This document shows, one piece after another, positions 40,801 to 52,184 of a stretch of DNA of 64,000 nt. Every line of letters begins with the position of its first letter. The stretch's first letter is position 1. This DNA is from Yuukianura sp. NJ FZ-2021 (Eukaryota), in the NCBI GenBank assembly GCA_046563655.1, contig CM102290.1, forward strand, positions 8,246,001-8,310,000, in the 5' to 3' direction. A program made the translations under genes and the position numbers. A model generated the notes under the pieces. That model saw only the letters and a list, made by a program, of their open reading frames with translations, had not been told where the DNA came from and made no database searches.

Positions 40801-42578
40801 AGGAAAATAAAATATTCTCCGGATAAGATCAGGTAGTAATGAGCATGGCCCTGGCCCTTAAGTCCAGCAGATCCAATGAAGATGTTATGACATAACAATG
40901 GGTAGACTTCAATGAGGACCAACTTAACCTATCGATCATGGTCACTCCTTGGGCTAACCAATCTGGCCTAAGAAAAACCTAAGGGTCTCGAAATTGCACA
41001 AAGTCTCTAATTTCCAACATTTTTGGAAATCTAGCCTTCAACTACTACTTATTTATGTTTGAAATTTATGTTCCTCCAATTTCAGAAGTGACAACTTAAG
41101 TAATAAAATGGAACCAAATGTTTTGCCCAGAGGTCAATGGAAAAAAAGGTTCAGCAAAGAGTCATTTGACACTCGAAAAATCGATTGGATTTTTGCACTC
41201 AAAGGAAGCAAAAAGGATTTTTTTTTAGAAAAAAAAGTCATATGTCAATACAAAGTTCAAGTTATCATGTGACGCCTGGGAATTTTAGACAAAACAAGTC
41301 AATCGAACAGTACGACTGCCAACTTGGCAGTGGCAAGTGATCTCATGTTGCTGAAATTGCACTTGGTCTGGGATTTTGGTAACATTGTATTATTAGTATG
41401 TGACACTTGAGACTTTTTAGTAGACTGATGGGAAAATGGTTTTGATCTACTTCCAGCACCTACTAAAAACCACTTAACACTTTTGCCACTGGACGGAAAG
41501 TGGGATTCATCCTAGCAACTAACTTCCTGCTCCTCGTCTTACTAAATAGGAAAGAGGTTAATGTTGACATTAGCATGACAAGCAACTTCTACCGTAACTA
41601 GAACTAGACACACAAAAATTCAGAAATCAGCACAAGTTCTCAAATTGCTAAAAAAAAGTGTTGCAAATGCTAAAATAGGCCTCCTCAAGTAGCTTCAAAG
41701 TTTTTAAATACTATCCAAAATTGGGGTTGTGACATTATTACGCAATCACACAGCAGGGGGTGGATTTTGGGGGTGCATTATACCTGTTAAATAATTGTTG
41801 ACATTTACAAACCCGCTGCTGCCCGTTGTAGTATAATAGTATAGGTATGAGTCATCAGAAACGGTATTTTGCTGTTGACGTAATAATGTCCTAACATAAC
41901 TTCTGTTAATGACCTTTGCGATTTTACTTGGAAATGAGTGCCATTTTTTGTAAATTAAAACACTACTTGAAAATAGTAAACATAAAATTAAAATAAATGG
42001 GGCAGCACATGAGAAATTTTAGACTTGCTTTATGCCTTTATCCAATAAGAAAAGTTGACATTTAGAGAAAATTGGAAATTGTCTTAATTGCAATTTGCAA
42101 TTGAAAGTTTTTTGTTTTCAAATGTAAACACGCTGTAAAACTTTCATATCACCTGTAATTAAGTTTCAAACGTACACACGCTTGAAAAGAAATCAAAAAG
42201 CACAATGCCTTAGTCAACATTTTCTCTATTGTTTCCCTTTGTATATAATCTTTTTCTCCCATTGTTATAAAAAAGGAAAGTGTTCACCACAAACTGTGTC
42301 ACCCGTCTTAAAAGCTCTATTTTAAATCAACCCCATGAGATAAAATGGACAACAGGGATTTGACACGGTTGACGGATATGGCGGGCTAACCTTATTTTTA
42401 CCTCCTGTCCCGTTTCAAAATAAAATTGGAGCCAATTTTCAAATTTTGTTTCCAAAAAATTATGAAAAAGTAATTCAAAAGGATCACCTACCCCTTGTTC
42501 TGTTGATCCAAGATTTGATCCAGTTCGGTCTTCCTCGTTCGACTCCAGCGAAGCTGTTGTAGATGCAGCAGTGTTCAT
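37860..42578 (-). CDS. Putative third cistron of the pri-type transcript, a spliced 78-aa ORF (exons 42578-42492 and 38009-37860)
   Basis: This is the next ATG after the two LDPTGLY ORFs (aaaATGa). The donor GGG|GTAGGT at 42491 and the pyrimidine-rich acceptor TTTTAATTGTAG| at 38010 join in frame. The product is MNTAASTTASLESNEEDRTGSNLGSTEQG-MTTSQTTARDDSRTLTCATPLLIATLATGQLVTDEMRVETWYNHHIRMT. I recognise no homology. Confidence 0.4.
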
Positions 42579-42721
42579 TTTCCAAAATTTCAAAATTTGG
42601 TGCCAAAATTTTTGTCAAAATTAGGCCTGGTTGAAATGACCTTGTTGATGGAATTGACCTTTGGATGAAGATGGTATATTAGGTTGCTGTTTCCTTGATC
42701 TTGGATTCTGCTGCACAGGTT

Positions 42722-42763
42722 CTAGTAGAGACCGGTTGGGTCAAGTTTTTGTGGTGGGTCCAT
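42722..42763 (-). CDS. pri: tarsal-less/polished rice/mille-pattes-type micropeptide 2: MDPPQKLDPTGLY
   Basis: The minus strand reads aaa ATG GAC CCA CCA CAA AAA CTT GAC CCA ACC GGT CTC TAC TAG. It has the same LDPTGLY motif, with only synonymous differences from peptide 1 (CTC/CTT, GGC/GGT, TAT/TAC, TAA/TAG). Confidence 0.93.
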   Translation of the reverse strand: MDPPQKLDPTGLY

Positions 42764-42907
42764 TTTGATTTTGATGGAGGCAGAGCGTGGGAAAATTTGA
42801 AGTGAAAGTGATGCGGACTTTCTCCCGCCGAAAAGTGTTGTTGCTACTGTTTTAAAGAGTGAAGCTGAAGTTTCTTTGCTGTAAGCTTCCGGATAGAAGG
42901 CCGGTAC

Positions 42908-42949
42908 TTAATAGAGGCCGGTTGGGTCGAGTGTCTTGACGGATTCCAT
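42908..42949 (-). CDS. pri: tarsal-less/polished rice/mille-pattes-type micropeptide 1: MESVKTLDPTGLY
   Basis: The minus strand reads gcc ATG GAA TCC GTC AAG ACA CTC GAC CCA ACC GGC CTC TAT TAA. The C-terminal LDPTGxY is the defining motif of this family, and the start context gccATGg is strong. Confidence 0.93.
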   Translation of the reverse strand: MESVKTLDPTGLY

Positions 42950-43261
42950 GGCAATACAAGTTGATGTTGGAGAGGTCACAAGGTCAAGTTGAGCAGGCCC
43001 AAAAGTTGAAAGGGAGAGATGTACGGAGAGGTTTGTGACGGTGTGTAGCAAGTGCTGATGTGACTTCTGTTCGTTCCTGAGGAAGGATGTTTTGGTAATG
43101 AGCTGAAGTGGCCGAAAGGAAGGGAGTTAAGTGGTTCCTTTTCGTTTTCTTTTTGGCTACTGGCTTTACCTTTCCTCACTACTAACTTCAGATGCCCAAA
43201 TACACTAGAGGATCCAAGAAAAGCGCTAAGGTTTAAACTGTTCCGCTCAAAGTTTCAGTTG

Positions 43262-43268
43262 AAACTGA
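43262..43268 (-). promoter_or_regulatory. Candidate initiator (TCAGTT) for the pri-type transcript
   Basis: The arthropod Inr consensus TCAGTT occurs on the minus strand. It is followed by a ~310-nt leader with no ATG before micropeptide 1. No TATA box is seen. Confidence 0.35.
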
Positions 43269-46200
43269 AGTTCGGAGAGTAAAAGCGGCGTACTTTTCTC
43301 CGGTGAGGAAGGGCGGGCAGGGAGGAAGCGGATTCAAATGTACTGAAGTAGTGAAGGACAACCCCGTTTGGCCCCGCCGAGCCCCTGCCCCGACCTCACG
43401 ACCACAGGAACTTGGACGTTGACATTCCCCATTCGAAAAAAAAATCGAAATTTCCCTCTCCTTCCTTAATACTTCTTTGTGCCCAGTATATGCTGATGAT
43501 GCACCCATGAGGAAGAGGTGGCTCTTGCTTTTTTGGTGGTGGGAGGTTTAGCCACGAGAATCTTCGACAGAAGTCCAACAACAATGGTTTTTTTGTCAGA
43601 GGGAACTTAACGGTAACTGTTTATTTAGGTAGCCTCAAGGCCCCACCCCACCAAAACATTGACCAAACGTAAAAGACTTCCCTGACCCCTAAAGACAAAA
43701 CGTTCCAAGACTTGTCCAAATGTCACTGTCACTCTTGACTAAGTTAACAGTTTCAACTTGCTTGGCCAAAAAACTGCCGGTTCAAATTAAACGTACAACC
43801 ATACTGCTAAATTAACGAGTATGCGATACCAAACTAAAAATTCGAATAGTATTTGTAACAATGCCGCACGAATTGGAATCTCTCATCACGTCCAGAGCCC
43901 GGAAAGATCTGAGGAGAAACTTTAAATAAGTAATAAAAAAATAAGTTTTTAAATAACAAAAAATTCTGGGATTAAAAGTGAAAAGTGATCCTATCAAAAA
44001 CGGCTCAAATTTTGTTATCCAAAGTTCAATTTTTTCATGTATTTGCCGGCAAAAAAGAAAGAAGAAAATGTTTCCAACAAATTTTTTGTTGGCACTTTAT
44101 TTATGTAATTGATTTGGTTGTTAATTTACAAACGTTCCTGCTGTTTTCTTTTATTTTGTTTTCATATTTTGAAAACCGAGCCGCAATATTAGATTTTGTA
44201 ACACAAAATTGAAATTAAAAGTCAAATCAAACTAAATTGTATGAATGTGGGATAGGAATAAAAACTTTTTTCTCGCTCGATCTTGTTCAGGTGAGATTCC
44301 TGATCCTGAATGTTGATCTCCAGGAAAAGATTTGTTGAGTATCCACATCTCCTTACGTAATACTATCATTGTTGAGCCTCTCATTCAAATGGGAAGTCAA
44401 GAATCAAATACAACAAAAAAAAGTATAGGGGTGAAGCATCCCTATACACGTATAATTTCCAAAGTTATTAATTCCAGTCCTTAAATGCCTTTATACCTAT
44501 TATGCGTTTTATTATATTTTCTAGGCTTATTAGTAGTTTATACAAGTCACAAAAAATCTTGAATCTGGAACTTGTTTTCACCCCAATCTTTTATGAATAT
44601 CAGGTTTTGTACACCGGACTCAGATACAAAAAGTTACTTCCTTCTCTTTTTGGAGCTCCCTATTAATTCTAGATGCATCTGTAATGAAACAGGAAAACAA
44701 AAGGTCCAGGGACCAAATCTTTTGATTCAAAATTCAAACTGGAAGATCCACAAAAACTTTTCACTTTTTTGGATTATGAATAAACGAAGTTCGTCCGTTG
44801 GTCTAATAATAACTTTTGCTCCAATTAATTTCAAATCCTGTCAAATCTTTTATAACGACGTTTAAAAAAGGTTCCTCCAAGTTCAATTTTTTTAAATTAC
44901 AAAGTTCAAGTTCAAGGTAACCCCAAACATGATGTATGGCTGGTCTTCGAACAACGGTTTCTGAGAAGCCGGAGGCAGTTTCAAAAAATAGCGTTTCAAA
45001 ATAGGGATATGAGGCAGTTTTTTGAACATTTACATACAGGATGAATAGGAGAAGACAGTTAGGTCAAGTGTAGGAGACTCTTCATTTGTAGCCTTAATCC
45101 TTAGCACTTTCTCTGGACCTAAAAGGTTAGGCCCCCTCAAGTGACCTCAAGCGGAAAGAAGGTCCAGGTCGAGCAGAGACTTTCAACTTGAATAAAATTC
45201 GGTTCTATTTTGGGTGCTAATTTTTGGGAGCCCTTAAAGGGGTTGTATCCTTGGCAAGTACTTTTGTCTCTCTCAAAATCTTTGTTCTTTGTAATAAAAG
45301 TTCTTTTGGAATTGACTAAAAGTCCTCCAGAAAAACTGACAATTCTTTTAGCAACTTTTCAAATCCAAAGTGACAGAAAAGGAGAGTGAAAGGGACATTG
45401 CCGTTGAGTTAAGAAGGGCCCTTACATTCATCCCTCTTCGAGCTCAAATGTACACAACCAACGAGCAACCCACCGGTTTTTGTAGTTACTTTTACTGGAC
45501 AAACGGTTACTCACAAGTGTGTGAAAGTGAAAAATTTAATCTATTTTTAAATATCCCAATTTGGGAAGGTCGAAAAGAACAGTTTTAGTACTTTGAAACT
45601 TCAAACTTCTACAAAAAGTTCGACATATTTTTTTAAATGCTAAGTTTATTAAAAACACTACCATTCAGGAACTGTTGACTTTATGATCTGGAATTGTTAA
45701 ATATCCGATTATACCAACACACTTGATTTTAACTATTGACGAAATTGTATTTCAAGTTCTAGAAAAAACTGGGTAAAAATTGGAAACAACAAAATTTATT
45801 TTCTTAGTGATGATAAATTCGGAAACCAGGAGATATCTATTATTAGTACATGTACAATTATTGAGATACTGGAAATTGTGGATAAATCTGGAAAAGGGTA
45901 GAGTGTGACATTTCAATTGTTGTCTCAAGGACGAGGTCAAATACTTCCAGGGTCAACTGGTAGTCGAAGCCCTTTGAGTTAAGTACAAACATAATGCCGC
46001 AGAATTATTTTGAAGTGGTTACACCATTTTCAATAAACTGGAATTCACAAATCGTTACAACTTTACACACAAGATTGAAAATTTTTAATTGTTACAGGAA
46101 GCATTATAGGTTCAAATTTTTTAAAAAGTAGACAAATTTTAGTAGTGTGAAGGGAAGCCGGTATCTAATTGTATTGTAGAAATTAAGTCAACATGTAATT

Positions 46201-48694
46201 TTCGATTAGGCAATGTACTCAAGAGACATTAATTGTCCGACTTGTGCATTAATAGAGTTGTTTCCAAACACCGAAGTATGATAGATAACACTAAGTTTAT
46301 TAACCCAGCACATCCAGACAGCTTCACACCAGACATACAGTCTCTCCAGTTGTATCAGGTATCCAGGTCAGTCTTCGGCTATCCAGAGGCGCTAAAACTT
46401 TTTAATGTTCTGGATCAAATACCATTTACGCCTTTTAGACAGTAATTGAGACAGACTAATTGTAGTTTTAATTGACTGATCGGATGATCAGTCTGTAGCG
46501 TCCAATGACTCAAACAACAAAAGCGTGAGAAGGGTACTGGTTTTGCAGGCGGCGTGGCTAGACTACAGTGAAATGTTATGCCTGCGAAGTTGCAGGTCAT
46601 TTCTAGGACATTGACCTTCCAAAGGATTTGGAAAAAACCTTACGGTACTGCATGTAAAGTCATTAGAATTTTCTATTTTCTCCTAAAAATAAACTAGGAG
46701 CGAGCGGTATTAAGGTATGATGGATGCATTTGCTTCAATTCCATAAATAAATACTCTCACTAGCATACAACTTTTGCCTTTACAACAAAAGCGGTAAACA
46801 CCTTTCCTTTGCTCAAAAAAATTTCACTAGCAAAAATACAAGTCAAAAAGTTTTACTACTTAATTATAAAAATCTATACAAATTGTATTAAAATCGGATT
46901 TACTTTCGAAAAAAGAGTAAAAAAAAGAAAAGTTCGAAAGAATCGAAACACGCTATTAAATACAAACATTAGAAAAGCTGTAGTAATTTAGAGTAATCAG
47001 CAAATCAACGCTAGAAAAACTTTCCAGTTTTTAATTCACAACTTCGTCAAATTAAAAAAAATTTGCAGTCACTTTCCAATGATGAATGGTCGAGGAAGAG
47101 AAATTTCACCTTGCCATTGGATGACTCGTTCGTAAACTTATGATCGTTGCAATCCCGTTACTCAATCCTATGATTCGTCCGGAATGAATTGTGGTTGAAC
47201 TGATCCGGAACAAATGCTTCGTGCAGATTCGCACACACACACAAAAAGTGCAGTTATTTTGCAGAAAAGCATAACAAATACATAACATAAGTAGAGATGA
47301 GGCATCCACTTCCTTGGAAATGGGTTAAGGAAAGTCAATCCTCTGGCTGGGAACTAACGGGACACGTTCTCACTTAAACACAGGGTGCCCTACCTTAGAA
47401 GGAAGTCGCTTCCCTATGAACATTTCCATCTTCTCGAAATTTCTTCCGCATTGATGACTCTTCTACCAGGATTCATCTTATCCCAACATGGAATTGCAAT
47501 TTAAAACAGTCAATTCATCCTTTCCCTTGGGTTTTAACTAAGGAGAAAGAAGGAAGTGAAGGAAATGAGGGGCAGAATGTGATGGAACGTTGAGGTAGCG
47601 CAGTTTAAAAACAGCAATTGCCAAAACACTGCGCCAAAACCACTCAACACTCTTCACCTTCTGTGGATCATGAATAATTGATGACGTTCTCAGGCTAATA
47701 CTGACCAGGTCAATGACTCAATCGCCTCCAAACAAAACATTGCACATGAAAACATAAGGTTTTGGCCTTAACTAAACGAAACTTCCTGAAAAATTTGATG
47801 AGATCATCACTTTTCCATAAGCACAATGTCCAATTCTTCTACAATTTGAAAATAATTAAACTCTTCCAAATAAAAAAAAGTCAAAAATTGATCCCGGCAA
47901 ATTTTCGGTTTACAAAAAAAAAATTAGCTGAGCATCATCTTTAGTTTATCTGCGTTGCATCTGCAGTTGGCGTAAATCCATCAATAATTTTTTAAACTTT
48001 GTTTTCAATATACACACAGCGTTTCAAAGTGTGCAGAAGCTACCCTAACAATTTCGGAAAAGTTGACAAAATGTTTCGAAAAAGTTGGAAAAAAAAGTGA
48101 GCTTGGTTAAGGTTAGACTGTAATTTGTCTAAAAAAGTTATACGTTATCCTGTGGGAAGGGAGGGTTCAGAGGTGTGATTTCCTCGTTGTTGTCTCTATG
48201 TTAACTTATTAACTAAGCAAAAAGAAGAAGATGGTGGTGAATCGGTGTAAACACTGCGGAAGTGCCTTCTCCAAACTTCATCTTTCTCTAACACCCAAAG
48301 TCATTCACACCGCGACCCAGATTCTCCCAGATTGTTTAGTTTTTTTTCTCACTTTTGGCAAGTTCCTCTTGAGACAGGCCAAATACAAATGAAAATGACT
48401 TTTCCTCATTCAAAAGGCCACTAGCCATAGCCACTTTAACTTTACTTCTCAATGGACTTGAAGCCTCTCTCAAGTAACTCACAAACTAATCACCACCACT
48501 AACATTTGAGCATCAATTCCTCCAATCTCAACCTGTCACACCACTTTACCAACTAATTAATTCAAGCATTTTTGCAAAAAAAAATCTCAAAAGTTCCCAT
48601 AGCCTTACTTCCCCATGTTTATTCCAAAATTTACTCCAAAGACGGAAATGTAATAAAGTTCTGGAATTAATTGGGCAACTTAATTTGGAAGTGT

Positions 48695-51596
48695 TCACAG
48701 TTTGAGAAGATCCCCATAAGCGTAAGCAGCCAAGGCCAAGATTGGAGATCCCGTTGGCGTGTCTGGCACTGAAAAGGCAATTGTTTTGCTCAAAATATGT
48801 TTCAAATTGAGTTTCAAATTTTAAAGTAAAGAAAAAAATTCTCGTTGGCTTACCATGTCCACTTGATCCGGCGATGTCAATGTGTGTGTACTTCAGTGGT
48901 TTCTCACTGTTTACTCCATGCTAAAACACAACAACGAGAAAATTTATGTGAATGAATGCCGTGAAAGGGAGGACAGTATGATCATACGAGTGTTGTGAAT
49001 TATGTAAACGGTGACTTTAGAAGACAATTTAAATGTCAGCAACCTTTACGAACACAAAAGCTTGAAGTCGCAAAGGTTAACCTGATTATGTTGAGGAGTC
49101 TTAAAGGAAAGCTGCTTTTTACCTTGTCCAAACCTGAAGCCAACACCATGAAAGCAGCTGGGAATTGATGACCACGAGCAGTTTGAGAAGACGCTTTGTT
49201 GTTGCATTGCAGTAGGTCGGCATCCCCATCATTCGGAGCTAAAATTTTAAGTGACAAATACTTTTCAAAAACAATTTAAATTCCAAATTTCAAAATTAAA
49301 CTCATGATTCATGAATTCGTGAAAGAGGAGAGCGAGCACCCACACTTGACAAACTTGTAGTCTTCACGTCGGATGGTGCTAACATCAATCATGTCACCCA
49401 AAGTTTCTCCAGCCTCCTGCAAACGGTGGGCTGATTTAGCGAGTCTAGCTGGTCCATTGTCCAAAACTGCTGTGTAGGTTCCGACGGCGAGACATGCATG
49501 TCCAGTCAGAGTTGCTGGAAAACATAAGTACATAACGCGTTACCGAAGCATTCAAATGAGCGAATGAGGTGTTTTCGTATTTAAACAAAACCTACCGATT
49601 GTCATCAAGTGAGGATTAACTTCATTCAGAGCCAATTCCTTCAACTGTTAAGATCAAATATTAACATAAATGTCTGGTATCGTAAAAGGGCTCCACACAA
49701 TAGAACAAGTGAATCTGTACCTTGCACAAAACGTCAGTCATAACCATGCGACCTTCAGCATCTGTATTTCCGATTCGCATGCGTACTCCAGCTCGGCTCG
49801 TAATAATTTCATCAGCCACTGTAAACGATAAGGTACACAAAAGGTAGAATTTTAATCCTGGACAATTTCTGGAAGAATAGTTCAAAGCTCATCTTCACCA
49901 TAGCATTCCTCTCCAATAGAGTTCCGGGCCACCGCCAAAGCTCCAATTGCCTTAATGTTGCTTGGAGCAAAGTGCACCAACGTCTGTTTAAAACGGTGTC
50001 AATATTTATTAGGGAAAAGTGGGTAAAATAGGATAAAATCCGCAGGAATACCGTTTGACAAGATGCTTACTTGAAAAAAGCCGACAACATTTGAAGCTCC
50101 ACATTTATCACGAGACATGCCAGCCTATTTGAAAAATGATTTAAATAATATATCAGGAAATTCAATTTTTTAATTGGATTTCTCAAACCTTCCAATTTCT
50201 GGGAATGAATTTTTCTTACTAAATAAGTACTAAAAGTATATTTACCATGATGCCACCCGCCTTCACATCAGCGCCACCTATACACAATGCAACATTGTAT
50301 ATTCAGAACTTATGAGGCCAGGGTACTTTAGCATATAATTCGTGTGAATGAACATATTCTTTACCAGTGTCATAGGTGATTCCCTTTCCGACGGGTAGTA
50401 GAGTCTGTGTAATCTTGCCTTCACCAGTATACCTCAAGAAAATAATTCGGCCTCGGTGTCGTTCAACAGCTTCAAAAAAAACAACAACAATATTTTAGCA
50501 ATACTCAACTAAAACCAGCTTTCTAAACATATTGGCTACCATTTGCTGCGCGATTGACTGCTGCGAACATTGGGTATTCCTTCTCGAAAACGCGAACATC
50601 ATCTATGATTTCGACTGAAACTTTCGTTCCGTGAAACAAGTCCTTGACGTAGGCAGCAAACCTTGGCGGGGCCATTCGTTCTGGATCAGCTCCACCCAAA
50701 TCTCGAGCAACGAACCGTCCACTTTCCAATCCCATCGCAAGCTTACAAATTTCACCGGAATTTTCGCCATGAGCATGGAATCCAAGTTCAGTGAGCTTTT
50801 GTGCTGTGGGTCCAACCGCTTCGCGGTACTGAAGTGGCTGGATTTAAAAAAAAAAAACTCCTTCAGAAAGTTTCTCAAAAGTTGAGTTTGAAATGTTTGC
50901 AATATATAATTCACCTTATAAAGGCTTTCGCAAGCACCGAGGAGAGTACAGAGAGCAGCAGCATGCTGATGGACCTTCTTTTCTGGAATAACCACAAGCA
51001 AAGCTTCGGTTGCTCCTGCGCTGATAGCTCTGTTAACACAAAAAAACACAATCAATACTAAACTGAGCTGAAGAAGCAGAGCTTGATAATTAGCACTTAC
51101 CGCTTAACACCTTTGGCTGCAGCTTCGGCGTAAGATCGTGGATCGTAGTACTCATGATCAGAATGGACCGGCGCATAAACCAATCGGGTCGTTGACCCGT
51201 TGCCGAGTGGAAGCAAAGTACCATCCTCCTCTACAGTCTTGTCAATCTGACGACCAAACGTAAAACAATGTTATCATCAACCATTATCTAGATCACAGCT
51301 AGGAATTCGACACTGGTGCTTTCCAAGCTGTTCATTTAACACTTTTTCTAAAGCTTTACTTGTCTATAAATGTCACACAAAAGCAAATTACGGAAATTTC
51401 CCTGGGTAGGGTACATGACAATTAAAACCTATGAAAAGTTTTTAACCTGGGCCTGGCTGGAGAGCACTTGGAAATACTGAGCAGCCGCCTGCTTCACGTA
51501 GTCCAAGTTAGCCGCAACGCAAATGATGGCGCCATACTTCGTACTTGCGAGGTTGTCCTCCGCAGAGAGCTTACACGGAAGGCGATATCCATCCAT
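48695..51596 (-). CDS. M17 family leucyl (cytosol) aminopeptidase, about 14 coding exons
   Basis: Motifs include ESGRFVARDLGGADPERMAPP, EKEYPMFAAVNRAA, GKGITYDTGGADVK, MSRDKCG, IGNTDAEGRMVMTD, TLTGHA, RGHQFPAAF and YTHIDIAGS. These are M17 metal-binding and catalytic motifs, resembling the invertebrate W07G4.4-like subgroup. Confidence 0.92.
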
Positions 51597-51673
51597 GATG
51601 AAGTGTCGTCGGAAATTAAGGGAAACAGCGACTGGAAATCGTGTCTTCCGAACCACCAAGGAAACTACACAGG

Positions 51674-51711
51674 AACTGATTACTCGGATTCCCGTCAGCG
51701 TTCTATATAAA
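51674..51711 (-). promoter_or_regulatory. Core promoter of the aminopeptidase gene: TATA-like box plus initiator
   Basis: Minus-strand TTTATATAG (51711-51703) lies about 30 nt upstream of ATCAGTT (51680-51674), and about 80 nt before the ATG at 51596. Confidence 0.6.
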
Positions 51712-52184
51712 GCATACAAAGTTATCAGCAATTTACACAAGTATTATTTGTCAGTTTCCAAGCCTTATTAAGTCATCAATCCAAAGAACAAAAACATCCC
51801 CTGCAATCAAAGCGACAGTTACTACCTAAACCTAACAACGGCCTAAAGTGGTTTACTGATAAATTTTCAATAACTAGTCAAAAACAAACAATTTAGTTGA
51901 GCCGTTCTCAGGCTAGAGAGAGACCGAATAGTTAAATAACGCCTAATCTAAGCTTTCTAGAAGCCACTCGATTAGTTACAATCTAGGGGTTAAAACCATC
52001 GCAACAACTTCGAAAAATACCAAAGTCAAATCTACGTGACAACTCATCCTATCGAATCGATTTAACGAAAAATGTAAATGTTAGAGTATCTATGAAGTCA
52101 TGAAGACGAAATGACTTCATTGGTATAAGAAATCAGTTTCACTGGAAAATATCAGGGTCAATTATTGTGCAACGAACGAGAATA

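Noticed and set aside
37905..42680. Alternative reading frame across the same predicted pri intron (..EHCCIYNSFAG..NRTRD-DHLPDDGERRFKDFDLCDPIAHCNFGHRTTCDR)
   Set aside because: It looks peptide-like, but there is no ATG in this frame after the upstream stop. It would need a non-AUG start or frameshift, for which I see no evidence. Worth re-testing with Ribo-seq.
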